From positions 192,001 to 256,000 of the forward strand of contig CAXMWX010000009.1 of NCBI GenBank assembly GCA_963422205.2: a DNA stretch of 64,000 nt, written 5' to 3'. The DNA is from Gammaproteobacteria bacterium (GTDB taxonomy: Bacteria; Pseudomonadota; Gammaproteobacteria; Eutrophobiales; Eutrophobiaceae). The notes below the pieces were generated by a model, which was given only the letters and a program-made list of their open reading frames with translations, did no database searches and was not told the origin of the DNA. Both the position numbers and the translations under genes were made by a program. Positions within the stretch are counted from its first letter, which is position 1; the number at the start of each line of letters is the position of its first letter. Shown here piece by piece: positions 34,455 to 43,469 of the stretch.

Positions 34455-36551
34455 ATGCCTGATCTGGTCAGTTATGAAGTTGTTGATGCCGTTGCCGTTA
34501 TCACCATAGACAACCCGCCCGTGAATGCCCTCTCCCATGCTGTCCGTCAGGGCTGCTGGGAGGCGCTGGAGAGACTGGCGAGTGATGACTCAGCCGAGGC
34601 GGCCCTGCTGATCTGTGCTGGCCGCACCTTCATCGCAGGTGCCGACATTACCGAGTTCGACAAGCCAGTAGCAGACCCCTGGCTGCCGGAGTTGGTGGCC
34701 CGGTTTGAGGCCGCTGAGAAGATCACCGTCGCTGCAATCCACGGCACCGCCCTGGGCGGTGGCCTGGAAACCGCTATGGGGTGTCATTACCGCCTGGCCG
34801 CCGCTGATGCCAAAGTCGGGCTGCCGGAGGTGAGTCTGGGCCTGCTGCCGGGGGCAACAGGCACACAGCGGCTGCCGAGGCTGGCCGGGGTCAAACAGGC
34901 TCTGGACATGATGACATCGGGCAAGCCCGTCACGGCAGCGGAGGCGCTGGCCGCTGGCGTACTAGACAAGCTCGCAGAGGGTGAACTGCGTACAGCTGGC
35001 CTGGCCTATGTGAAGGAATTGTTAAGCCGGGGTGCCGGGGTGCGGCGCGTGAGCGAATTGCCCGTCGATAGCGCCGGCATTGATACGGATTTTTTTGCCG
35101 AGTACGAAACTGCCCTGGCCAGGACAGCCCGCGGTTTTTTTGCCCCCTGGCAGATCGTTAAATGCGTCAGGGCCGCGGTTGAAAAACCCTACGATGAGGC
35201 GCTGGCGATTGAGCGGCGCCTGTTCGATGAATGCAAGGCATCCAGCCATTCTGCGGCACAGCGGCATTTGTTTTTTGCCGAAAGAGAGATCGCCAAAATT
35301 CCCGATGTGCCCAAGGACATTGCCCCCCGTCCACTTGAGCAGGTGGCCATCATCGGTGCCGGGACGATGGGCGGGGGCATTGCCATGAACTTTGTCAATG
35401 CGGGCATCCCGGTCGTGTTGCTCGAAGCAGACCAGGGCGGGCTTGAGCGCGGCCTTCAGATCATCCGCAAGCAGTATACCTCGGCCGTGGAGAGGGGCCG
35501 GTTGAGCACCGCGCAGTTGCAGCAGGCGATGGATCTCATCCGCCCGACAGTGGACTATGCCGCCATTGCCGAGGCTGATCTGGTGATCGAGGCGGTGTTT
35601 GAAAACATGGCGGTGAAGCAGGAAGTATTTGCCTGCCTGGATGCTGTCTGCAAGCCCGGCGCCATCCTCGCCACCAACACCTCCAGCCTGGATATTAATG
35701 CCATCGCTGCTGCGACCGGGCGCCCGCAGGATGTGATTGGCCTGCATTTTTTTGCCCCGGCCAACATCATGCCCTTGCTTGAGATCGTGCGTGCCGCCAG
35801 GACGGCCAAAGACGTGATTGCGACTGCCATGACACTGGCGAAGCGGATCCGTAAAGTGGCTGTGCTGGTTGGCGTCTGCTTCGGCTTTGTCGGCAACCGT
35901 CTGTTTTTCCCCTACGTGCGCGAAGCCATGTTGATGCTGCTTGAAGGCGTGGCGCCGGAGCGGATTGATCGGGTGGCCTGTGACTGGGGCATGGCGATGG
36001 GGCCACATGCGGTGACGGATCTGTCCGGGCTGGATGTGTTTCAGCAACTGACGGCCGAATGGGCCGACCGACCGGATGACCCGACTTACTACCGCATGTG
36101 CGAGGTGCTGGTGGGCATGGGGCGTCTTGGACAAAAGACCGGGGCGGGGGTGTATCGCTACGAAGGCCGCCAGGCCATTCCTGACCCGGAAGTGATGCAG
36201 ATAGCCCGGCGTGAGGCCGCTGCCCTGGGCGTGGCGGCACATGACAGCAGCGATGATGAGATCATGGAGCGCCTGTTGTTTGCCATGATCAACGAGGGCG
36301 CCGAGGTGCTGGAGGAGGGCATTGCCCTGCGTCCGGGCGATATCGATGTGGTGTTCGTGAATGGTTACGGGATGCCGCGTTATCGTGGTGGCCCGATGCA
36401 CTATGCTGATCATATTGGTCTGGATACGGTGTGTGCAGGCATCGACAAATATCGTCAGCGCTATGGCGAGCGGTACTGGACACCGGCGCCCCTGCTGCAA
36501 CAACTCGCCCGGCAAGGCAAGACCTTCGCTGCGTGGCAAGCTGGGCGATAA
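34455..36551 (+). CDS. bifunctional enoyl-CoA hydratase/3-hydroxyacyl-CoA dehydrogenase
   Basis: DNPPVNALS, AGADI, GGGLE, PEV.LG; GAGTMGGGIA, EAVFE, TNTS, GLHFF.PA, GFVGNR. Confidence 0.95.
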   Translation: MPDLVSYEVVDAVAVITIDNPPVNALSHAVRQGCWEALERLASDDSAEAALLICAGRTFIAGADITEFDKPVADPWLPELVARFEAAEKITVAAIHGTALGGGLETAMGCHYRLAAADAKVGLPEVSLGLLPGATGTQRLPRLAGVKQALDMMTSGKPVTAAEALAAGVLDKLAEGELRTAGLAYVKELLSRGAGVRRVSELPVDSAGIDTDFFAEYETALARTARGFFAPWQIVKCVRAAVEKPYDEALAIERRLFDECKASSHSAAQRHLFFAEREIAKIPDVPKDIAPRPLEQVAIIGAGTMGGGIAMNFVNAGIPVVLLEADQGGLERGLQIIRKQYTSAVERGRLSTAQLQQAMDLIRPTVDYAAIAEADLVIEAVFENMAVKQEVFACLDAVCKPGAILATNTSSLDINAIAAATGRPQDVIGLHFFAPANIMPLLEIVRAARTAKDVIATAMTLAKRIRKVAVLVGVCFGFVGNRLFFPYVREAMLMLLEGVAPERIDRVACDWGMAMGPHAVTDLSGLDVFQQLTAEWADRPDDPTYYRMCEVLVGMGRLGQKTGAGVYRYEGRQAIPDPEVMQIARREAAALGVAAHDSSDDEIMERLLFAMINEGAEVLEEGIALRPGDIDVVFVNGYGMPRYRGGPMHYADHIGLDTVCAGIDKYRQRYGERYWTPAPLLQQLARQGKTFAAWQAGR

Positions 36552-36693
36552 GGCCAAAAACCGAAAACAGGCATCATGGGTGTGCAAAACCGCCGGGGCA
36601 ATATCGGCCAGCGCTGGCTTGAATTAAAATCGGGCATCTCTGATCTCATGCTAACCTGTCAGATCATGCCCAATCCATGAAGAGGAGTGTTTT

Positions 36694-39168
36694 ATGAACA
36701 CGCTCATTGTTTTTTTGCTGCTCTGGGTGGCGGGCATCACACTGGCTTACCGGCGTGCCAGCCTGCGTACCGCCGCGCTCACCGCCGCCGGGTTGATGTT
36801 GGTCTCGCTGGTTGCCGGTGCGGCTATCGTGCTGTCCTTCCTGCTGCTGTTGGCGACCCTTGCCCTCGGTTTGCTGAGCGTGGACAACTTACGCAAGGAT
36901 TGGCTCACCAGGCCCCTGTTCCGATGGTACAAGCAGCATCTGCCGCCCATCTCGGATACGGAACAGGAGGCCATTGAGGCCGGCACTGTCTGGTGGGAAG
37001 GGCAGCTCTTTAGCGGTATACCTGACTGGCAACAGCTACATGCCTGCGGCAAACCGGAGTTAAGCCGGGAGGAGCAGGCGTTTCTGGACGGGCCGGTCAG
37101 GCAGCTTTGCGAGATGGCTGATCAGTGGCAGGTCAACCATCTGCTGGCCGATGTGCCGGAGGAGATACTCATCTACCTGAAACAGGAAAAGTTCTTCGGG
37201 CTGATCATCCCCAAGTCCTATGGCGGGCTGGAGCTCTCGGCGGTGGCGCAAACCGAGGTGTTGACCCGGATTGCCGTGGTGGGGGGTGTGATCGCCAATT
37301 GTGTGGTCGTGCCAAACTCGCTGGGGCCGGGCGAGTTGCTGCTCAAATACGGCACCGATGAGCAAAAAAATCATTACCTGCCACGGCTGGCGAGCGGCGA
37401 GGATATCCCCTGCTTCGCCCTGACCGGGCCTGCCGCCGGCTCAGATGCCACCGCCATCCCCGACCGGGGCATCGTCTGCCAAGGCAAGTGGCACGGCGAG
37501 GAGATCATCGGTATGAGGCTGAGCTTTGAGAAGCGTTATATCACGCTGGCGCCGGTGGCCACGCTGATTGGCCTGGCCTTTAAGCTGGCCGACCCGGCGC
37601 ATCTGCTTGGCGAGGTAGAGGATTACGGCATCACCTGTGCCTTGATACCCAGAGACACGCCGGGCTTAAAGATCGGTCGGCGGCATCTGCCGGTGGGTGA
37701 TCCGTTCCTCAACGGGCCGGTGTGCGGTGAGGATATCTTTGTGCCGCTGGCATACATCATCGGCGGCCCGGCGATGGCTGGCAAGGGCTGGCAGATGCTG
37801 GTGAATTGTTTATCTGCTGGCCGTTGTATCAGTCTGCCGTCCCTTGCCAACGGGATAAGCGCATACGCCCTGGCGGCAACCGGTGCTTACAGCCGCCTGC
37901 GTAAGCAATTCAAGGTACCACTCAGCCATATGGAGGGGATCCAAAAACCGCTGGCGCGCATGGCCGGGCTGGCCTATATCATCAATGCCGCCCGCTTGCA
38001 GACGGCGGTGGCCGTGGATGGCGGTGCCAAGCCGTCCGTCCCCTCCGCCATCTTGAAATACCATTGCACGGAGATGGCACGGGTGATCATCAACGATGCG
38101 TTTGATATTCATGCCGGCAAGGCCGTGATGAAGGGGCCGAGGAATTATCTGGCCGCCGCTTATGAGAGCATACCGGTGGGGATTACGGTGGAGGGGGCGA
38201 ACATCATGACGCGCAGCCTGATGATCTTCGGTCAGGGCGTGGTGCGTTGTCATCCCTGTATCCTGCAAGAGATGCAACTGGCCGCCGCCGCTGATGCTTA
38301 CCAGGCAGAGCGGCAGTTCGATGAGGTGCTGTTAAATCATCTTGGTTTTGCTGCTGCCAACGCCGCCCGCAGTTTCATCCACGCCCTGACCGCTGCCGTG
38401 TTTTGCCAGGTACCCGCCGGCTCGCCCTTGAAACGCTATTATCAACAGGCCAGCCGCCTGAGTGCTGCGCTGGTGGTAGCGGCTGATGTGTCCATGTTCA
38501 GCTTGCAGGGGGCGTTGAAGCGGCGGGAGATGCTCTCGGCCAGGCTGGGCGACTTGTTGAGCTATCTGTATTTATTGAGCATGGTGTTAAAACACTATGC
38601 CGACAGCGGCAGTCCGGGCGCCGACCGGCCGCTGGCTGAATGGGCATGTCGCTATCTGCTGTATCAGTTCCAGCAGGCCATGCTGGGGCTGATCGAGAAT
38701 TTCCCCAGCCGACTCATCGCCCTGCAACTGAAGGCCACGGTGTTCCCCCTGGGCGCCCGTTTCAAGCTGCCGACAGATCGGCTGGATACCCAGGTGGCCA
38801 ATCTCTTCAGTGCCGATACCGAGACCCGGCGGCGCTTTATGGCGGGCCTCGTGCTCACGGCGGGTGAGGCCAGCCCGATGGGCGAGTTGGAGCAGTTATT
38901 GCGCCAGGCCGATGAGATGGACGCTGTGGATCAAAAATTACAGGCGGCGGTCAAGGCCGGTCAATTATCAAATCATTCGCCAGGCCAGTCACCAGGGACG
39001 ATCAGCCCTGACCACCTTGAGGCAGCCGTAGAGATCGGCCTGCTGGGGCGTGATGAGGCCGCCCGGCGGCGGGATTTTGATGCCCGGCTGGAGCAGATTA
39101 TCCAGGTGGACGACTTTCCTTATGCCGATATCGGTCGGCAATCTGTCGGCAGGCAGGCCGCATGTTAA
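36694..39168 (+). CDS. fadE: acyl-CoA dehydrogenase (FadE type, with C-terminal DUF1974)
   Basis: TE.EAIEAG.VWWE, VPNSLGPGELL, KRYITLAP, ITVEGANI.TR, EMLSARLGD. Confidence 0.95.
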   Translation: MNTLIVFLLLWVAGITLAYRRASLRTAALTAAGLMLVSLVAGAAIVLSFLLLLATLALGLLSVDNLRKDWLTRPLFRWYKQHLPPISDTEQEAIEAGTVWWEGQLFSGIPDWQQLHACGKPELSREEQAFLDGPVRQLCEMADQWQVNHLLADVPEEILIYLKQEKFFGLIIPKSYGGLELSAVAQTEVLTRIAVVGGVIANCVVVPNSLGPGELLLKYGTDEQKNHYLPRLASGEDIPCFALTGPAAGSDATAIPDRGIVCQGKWHGEEIIGMRLSFEKRYITLAPVATLIGLAFKLADPAHLLGEVEDYGITCALIPRDTPGLKIGRRHLPVGDPFLNGPVCGEDIFVPLAYIIGGPAMAGKGWQMLVNCLSAGRCISLPSLANGISAYALAATGAYSRLRKQFKVPLSHMEGIQKPLARMAGLAYIINAARLQTAVAVDGGAKPSVPSAILKYHCTEMARVIINDAFDIHAGKAVMKGPRNYLAAAYESIPVGITVEGANIMTRSLMIFGQGVVRCHPCILQEMQLAAAADAYQAERQFDEVLLNHLGFAAANAARSFIHALTAAVFCQVPAGSPLKRYYQQASRLSAALVVAADVSMFSLQGALKRREMLSARLGDLLSYLYLLSMVLKHYADSGSPGADRPLAEWACRYLLYQFQQAMLGLIENFPSRLIALQLKATVFPLGARFKLPTDRLDTQVANLFSADTETRRRFMAGLVLTAGEASPMGELEQLLRQADEMDAVDQKLQAAVKAGQLSNHSPGQSPGTISPDHLEAAVEIGLLGRDEAARRRDFDARLEQIIQVDDFPYADIGRQSVGRQAAC

Positions 39169-39232
39169 GCACCCACGCCCGGCAACGGCGGCATGGGCGG
39201 ATGACATCAGACCACATACAAAACCGCAACCG

Positions 39233-40063
39233 ATGATGACTGAACCACAGGGGCCGGCAGCGGACTACCTGGCGTTCCTTACCGGCATGATCGAGCAGGC
39301 GGGCGCTCATGCCATGCGGTATTTTCGCCAGCCCCTGGCAGTTGCTGACAAGAACCGGGGGCAGGGGGTGTTTGATCCGGTGACCCAGGCTGACCGGGAA
39401 GTGGAGGAATTTATTCGGGCCAGCATAGCGGCGGCTTACCCTGGGCATAATATCATTGGCGAGGAGTTTGGCAGCACACAGACGGGCGGCGGCAAGACCT
39501 GGCTGATCGATCCCATAGACGGCACCCGGGGTTTTCTGGCCGGCTCCGGCATGTGGGGGGTCCTGGCGGGCCTGATGGATGGCGAGCGGTGTGTGGCCGG
39601 GGCGATGCGGCAGCCGTTTACCAGTGAGACCTGGGCGGGTGATGGCCGCGGCAGTTATCATATTTATGAAGGCAGAAAAAGTACCATTCATACCCGGCCT
39701 TGTGAGCGGCTGTCGGAGGCCGTGGTTTGCTGTACGCATCCGGCCATGTATCCATCCGCCGAATCGCTGGCCGCTTTTCATCGCGTGGTGGCACAGTGCC
39801 GATTTTCCCGTTACGGGACCGATTGTGTGGGCTATGGTTTGCTGGCCAGCGGGTTTGTCGATTTGGTGATCGAAGGCGGGCTGTCGGCCTACGACATCAT
39901 GCCGCTGATCCCCGTGGTTGAGGGGGCGGGCGGTGTGATCACAGACTGGCAGGGTGACTCTGTCATCACGGAGGCAGCCACCGGGATGACTACCGGCGGG
40001 CTGGTGGTGGCGGCCGCCAGCCGGCCGTTGCATGACCAGGCGCTGACCTTATTGAACCTGTGA
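39233..40063 (+). CDS. hisN: histidinol-phosphatase / inositol monophosphatase family
   Basis: FDPVT.AD, GEE, WLIDPIDGT, AYDIMPLIPVVEGAGGVITDW; start uncertain (ATG 39233 or 39236). Confidence 0.8.
   Translation: MMTEPQGPAADYLAFLTGMIEQAGAHAMRYFRQPLAVADKNRGQGVFDPVTQADREVEEFIRASIAAAYPGHNIIGEEFGSTQTGGGKTWLIDPIDGTRGFLAGSGMWGVLAGLMDGERCVAGAMRQPFTSETWAGDGRGSYHIYEGRKSTIHTRPCERLSEAVVCCTHPAMYPSAESLAAFHRVVAQCRFSRYGTDCVGYGLLASGFVDLVIEGGLSAYDIMPLIPVVEGAGGVITDWQGDSVITEAATGMTTGGLVVAAASRPLHDQALTLLNL
39882..39930 (+). repeat. direct repeat copy 1 (inside hisN)
   Basis: TGTCGGCCTACGACATCATGCCGCTGATCCCCGTGGTTGAGGGGGCGGG, repeated at 40480-40529. Confidence 0.85.
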
Positions 40064-40183
40064 TGTCGTGGGAGAGAGCAGCGGTCTGGCGGTCAATGAG
40101 CTTCTGATCAGGGCTTCTGATCAGGACTCAAACAGCCATGAGGATGATTGTTGTTAGCATGAGGTCAGGGTGACGGCGAAACC

Positions 40184-40453
40184 ATGAGACAGTGACTTTT
40201 GACACGTTAGAATTTGTCCGGCGTCTGGATGATGCGGGTGTACCGGAGCGCAAAGCGGAAGCTGAGGTCATCAAGCAGGCTTTTCAGCAGGCACTGGATA
40301 CCGAGGTTGCGAGAAAGTCGGATATTATCGGCCAGGTTTGATTAAGACATGCGGCTGTTGAAATGGATGACAGGCGTTATGTTTGGTTTTGTGCTTGCCA
40401 TATTCTGTACGCTGTTTGTTGTGTTACCACGGATGAGGGTTCCGGGAAGTTAA
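40184..40453 (+). pseudogene. DUF1640/CCDC90-like protein remnant
   Basis: TVTFDTLEFVRRL..AGVPE..AEA..EVARKSDI, stop/frameshift, then MRLLKWMTGVMFGFVLAIF. Confidence 0.7.
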
Positions 40454-40479
40454 AAACAGGCCTGGTTGTTCAGCAACGG

Positions 40480-40529
40480 TGTCGGCCTGCGACATCCTGC
40501 CGCTGATCCCGGTGGTTGAGGGGGGCGGG
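40480..40529 (+). repeat. direct repeat copy 2 (stranded hisN fragment)
   Basis: differs from 39882-39930 by 3 substitutions and one extra G. Confidence 0.85.
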
Positions 40530-40539
40530 TACAGGTGGG

Positions 40540-41151
40540 TTATCTCTGGCTTTTAGGCGTGCGGTGCGCCGATGGTTGCCCTTCCCCATCCGGCCACAGC
40601 GCACTCAGTGGGAAACTGATCGCATCAAACGGGGGAACAGAGACGGCGGCATCACCGGCTAAGGAGGCGATTAGCGACCATAGGCCACTGTTGAGTTGAA
40701 ACGCCTCCAGTGTACGCACGTCCGGGTCGACAAACCACAGGTAAGCAACCTCTTCACGGGCATAGATGTCGCGTTTGTCGGTCAAGTCCAACTGGCGGGT
40801 CGAGGGCGATAACACCTCACAGACCCAGTCCGGGGCAAGCTCAAAGAAGGCCGCATTGGGAAGACTGGGCAAGGTTTCACGCCGCCAACCGGCGAGATCG
40901 GGGACGAGAATATCCTCACCGAAGTGTAACTCCGGCTCAAAAACGATCCACCAGCCGCCCGGGCCGCCTCGGCCACGACCAAAGGGGTTGAACAGCTCGC
41001 CCCCCATAACAGAACTTGCCCAAGCATGAGGTATAGCCGGTCGTGGTTGCATTCGCAGCACGCCATAGATGACTTCTGCCACCTTGTGTGGCGGTGCATC
41101 CAGCACATCCTGATAGGTGGCTTTACGGGTTTTTGGGGCGGGGGCGGACAT
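40540..41151 (-). CDS. Uma2-family PD-(D/E)xK endonuclease, paralog 1
   Basis: ATYQD, GPGGWWIVFEPELH, LVPDLAGW, PDWVCEVLSPST, YLWFVDP. Confidence 0.92.
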   Translation of the reverse strand: MSAPAPKTRKATYQDVLDAPPHKVAEVIYGVLRMQPRPAIPHAWASSVMGGELFNPFGRGRGGPGGWWIVFEPELHFGEDILVPDLAGWRRETLPSLPNAAFFELAPDWVCEVLSPSTRQLDLTDKRDIYAREEVAYLWFVDPDVRTLEAFQLNSGLWSLIASLAGDAAVSVPPFDAISFPLSALWPDGEGQPSAHRTPKSQR

Positions 41152-41159
41152 CAGATGGC

Positions 41160-41471
41160 TTACACGTGATGGGCAGTGCTGTTCAATCCGCCACGGCCTG
41201 CGATGAACCCTTTGTGCTCAGCCGCTTGCGGTTTCTCATCCAGGATGACAGGCCCTATGCCCTTCACCTCGGCCAATTCGTCCACAGAGCCAAAGTCCCC
41301 ATGCGCCTGGCGGTGGTCAATGATAGCTTGGGCGAGCGGATCGCCAACACCATCGATCGTCATCAGGGCTTCCTTGACTGCCGTGTTGATGTTGATCGGC
41401 TGGACAGCGAGCAACAGGCCGGGCATGGCCGATAGCAACGCAAGCAGGATAATATGCCGCAGGGTCTTCAT
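41160..41471 (-). CDS. comEA: ComEA-family helix-hairpin-helix DNA receptor (probable C-terminal frameshift)
   Basis: signal peptide, ININTA, GVG..LA.AII.HR..HG.F.SVDEL.EVKGIG; removing one A near 41233 restores a typical ENRKRLS end. Confidence 0.85.
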   Translation of the reverse strand: MKTLRHIILLALLSAMPGLLLAVQPININTAVKEALMTIDGVGDPLAQAIIDHRQAHGDFGSVDELAEVKGIGPVILDEKPQAAEHKGFIAGRGGLNSTAHHV

Positions 41472-41588
41472 GCTGCTCTCCTTACATTGACGTAACTTTC
41501 ATGGCTTGTAGCGTGACCGCGTAGACATGACAGCCGCCCTGGTTTTGGACTGGCGGGAATAATGCGCTGTCCTGATGGTCAATCCTCG

Positions 41589-42173
41589 TCAGCCCTCGGC
41601 CTTGCTCTCATCCGGCCACAGCCCACCTAACGGGAAAGTAATTGCATCGAATGGCGGGACTGAGACGGCGGCATCACCGGCTAATGAGGCAATCAGCGAC
41701 CATGCGCCACTGTTGAGTTGGAACGCCTCCAGCGTACGCACGTCCGGGTCAACAAACCACAGGTAAGCAACCTCTTCACGGGCATAGATGTCGCGCTTGT
41801 CGGTCAAGTCCAGCTGCCGGGTTGAAGGCGATAACACCTCACAGACCCAGTCCGGGGCAATATCGAAGAAGGCGGCATCCGGGTACACCGGCAAGGTCTC
41901 CCGTCGCCAGCCGGCCAGGTCGGGCACCAGAATATCCTCACCCAGATGCAGTTCTGGCTCAAAGACAATCCACCACCCGCCCGGGCCGCCCCGACCTCGG
42001 TCAAAGGGATTAACCAACTCACCCCCGATAATCGAACTCGCCCGTGCATGACGGGCGGCTGGTCGTGGTTGCATCCTAAGCACGCCATGGATGACTTCTG
42101 CCACCTTGTGCGGTGGTGCATCCAGCACGTCCTGGTAGGTGGCTTGATGGGCTTTTGGGGCGGGGGTGGGCAT
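41589..42173 (-). CDS. Uma2-family PD-(D/E)xK endonuclease, paralog 2
   Basis: same motifs as 40540-41151; long identical peptide stretches. Confidence 0.92.
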   Translation of the reverse strand: MPTPAPKAHQATYQDVLDAPPHKVAEVIHGVLRMQPRPAARHARASSIIGGELVNPFDRGRGGPGGWWIVFEPELHLGEDILVPDLAGWRRETLPVYPDAAFFDIAPDWVCEVLSPSTRQLDLTDKRDIYAREEVAYLWFVDPDVRTLEAFQLNSGAWSLIASLAGDAAVSVPPFDAITFPLGGLWPDESKAEG

Positions 42174-42260
42174 CGGTTTATGCTGTTTTCAATATCGATC
42201 AGGACGCAGGATGATGATAATACCTTGAAAATTAATGCAGGTGCAATGTACGTTGGTAAG

Positions 42261-42673
42261 CGCCCTTCCCGCACATCCCTGTGCTTTACCGGCATTGCCT
42301 GCATGGATGCAGGTACTTGGGGTTTGCCGAGAGCAAAAATCCCAGGCGTACATCTCTGCAAACGCCGCTCGGCTCTGGTTTCCCTGGAGATAAATGTCAT
42401 GAATGCAGGAGTAAATTCACGACCGTGCATTCCGTAAACGCCCTTCCCCCACACCCCTGCGCTTTAAGGTATTGCCTGCATGGACGCAGGTACTTGGGAT
42501 TTGTCGGGAGCAAAAATCCCAAGAGTACATCCTGTACTCGCCGCTCCTGTGCGTGACCGCCATGGATGGTGGAAATGCAGCAGGATTGCCGGGAGCAATC
42601 CCTGCCCCTGCACTTGCGGCGTACAGTACATCCTGTACACGCCCTTCCCGCACATCCCTGTGCTTCAGGGCAT
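42261..42673. repeat. tandem array of GGA-loop hairpins (REP/MITE-like or Csr/Rsm sRNA-like)
   Basis: CGCCCTTCCC(G/C)CACA.CCCTG.GCTT recurs at 42261, 42439, 42640; the first about 110 bp are shared by units 1 and 2; many short stem-loops. Confidence 0.85.
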
Positions 42674-42689
42674 AAGTACTTCCTTATAC

Positions 42690-42715
42690 AAAAAAAAACG
42701 CCTGGTGACAGGCGC
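42690..42715 (-). terminator. rho-independent terminator of the pilin operon
   Basis: minus strand GCGCCTG-TCAC-CAGGCG followed by 9 T. Confidence 0.85.
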
Positions 42716-42751
42716 TTATTACTGTGGTTTTTCGGGGCGCTGGATTATTCG

Positions 42752-43156
42752 TTAGGGAGAAGAAGCAGTATCAGGACAGCCACCGGTTAAAATAGTAACC
42801 GCAGTCGGGGTGTACACAGTCCACTCGGTTGGAGGAACTCGTTTTTGGGTGTCACATTTTCCTACAGATCCGCCCTCAGAACTGCCGCCGAATCTATACA
42901 GCCCATCATCATGACGTGCATTCACGACGATGGCAGAATCGTTCTCAAACGTCTGCAACTCAACACCTGAGGAGAGATTGAAGCTAAAGTTTTCTTTAAC
43001 AAATTTTGGTGTCCCAGTAAGGACTGGACATGCGCCAGAGGCTGGGTCTCCAGCGAAGCAATTTTGGCCTTCTTCGTCATACTTCTCAGCAAGCGCACTC
43101 TGGCCGGTGGCAACCAGCAGCAGGATGGCTGCCAGGCTAATTGTCTTGTTTATCAT
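42752..43156 (-). CDS. secreted protein, putative pilin globular-head partner (PilA-C-like)
   Basis: own RBS (GAGGA), Sec signal peptide ending SALA, beta-rich body, four Cys; 20 bp downstream of the short pilin; lower GC than the flanks. Confidence 0.7.
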   Translation of the reverse strand: MINKTISLAAILLLVATGQSALAEKYDEEGQNCFAGDPASGACPVLTGTPKFVKENFSFNLSSGVELQTFENDSAIVVNARHDDGLYRFGGSSEGGSVGKCDTQKRVPPTEWTVYTPTAVTILTGGCPDTASSP

Positions 43157-43176
43157 GGTTAATTTCCTCTTTCAGA

Positions 43177-43359
43177 TTATTCGGATGCGGCGATGGCGGC
43201 AGTCAGGAAGTTACGGGCATCGGATTGAGCGCCCTTGTCGTTCGCCTTGCGTTTGTAGTTGGCAAATTGCGGGATGGCAATCGCCGCCAGAATGCCGATG
43301 ATCGCAATCACGATCATCAACTCAATCAGGGTGAAACCCTGCTGTTTCTTTCTCATCAT
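43177..43359 (-). CDS. pilA: short type IVa pilin (PilA-N-like, 52 aa mature)
   Basis: RBS AGGAG; [29 protein letters not shown] class III signal with E5 and P22; stops right after the alpha1 helix. Confidence 0.92.
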   Translation of the reverse strand: MMRKKQQGFTLIELMIVIAIIGILAAIAIPQFANYKRKANDKGAQSDARNFLTAAIAASE

Positions 43360-43469
43360 GGTTATGTTTTCTCCTGTTAAATAACGATTTAGCCAATGCG
43401 GCCTGCCAGTTTTTACGTCTTTTTCATGCCTTCTCGTATCGCTGCCATGTTCGCCTGGCGATCATAATG

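Noticed and set aside
35022-36587. Long antisense ORFs (521 aa here; also 17203-17865, 39098-40033, 53797-54702)
   Set aside because: Shadow frames opposite well-conserved GC-rich genes, with no protein motifs.
39882-40529. Diversity-generating retroelement TR/VR pair
   Set aside because: Only 49 bp, mismatches are not exclusively at adenines, and there is no reverse transcriptase in the window.
41480-41498. LiuR-like TTAC-N6-GTAA site upstream of comEA
   Set aside because: Weaker match than the two boxes in the liu cluster and no functional rationale; could arise by chance.
42261-42673. CRISPR array
   Set aside because: Units are 178-201 bp, degenerate and internally repetitive, with no unique 30-40 bp spacers and no cas genes in the window.
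41804-42790. Several overlapping ORFs (for example 41804-42454 minus, 41946-42437 plus)
   Set aside because: They overlap Uma2 and the hairpin array, their peptides merely mirror the DNA repeats, and they show no recognisable motifs.
43177-43359. Electrically conductive e-pilin
   Set aside because: Only 4 aromatic residues in 52 (F1, F24, Y27, F43), lacking those at positions 32, 50/51 and 57 used to define e-pilins; no multiheme cytochromes are nearby.
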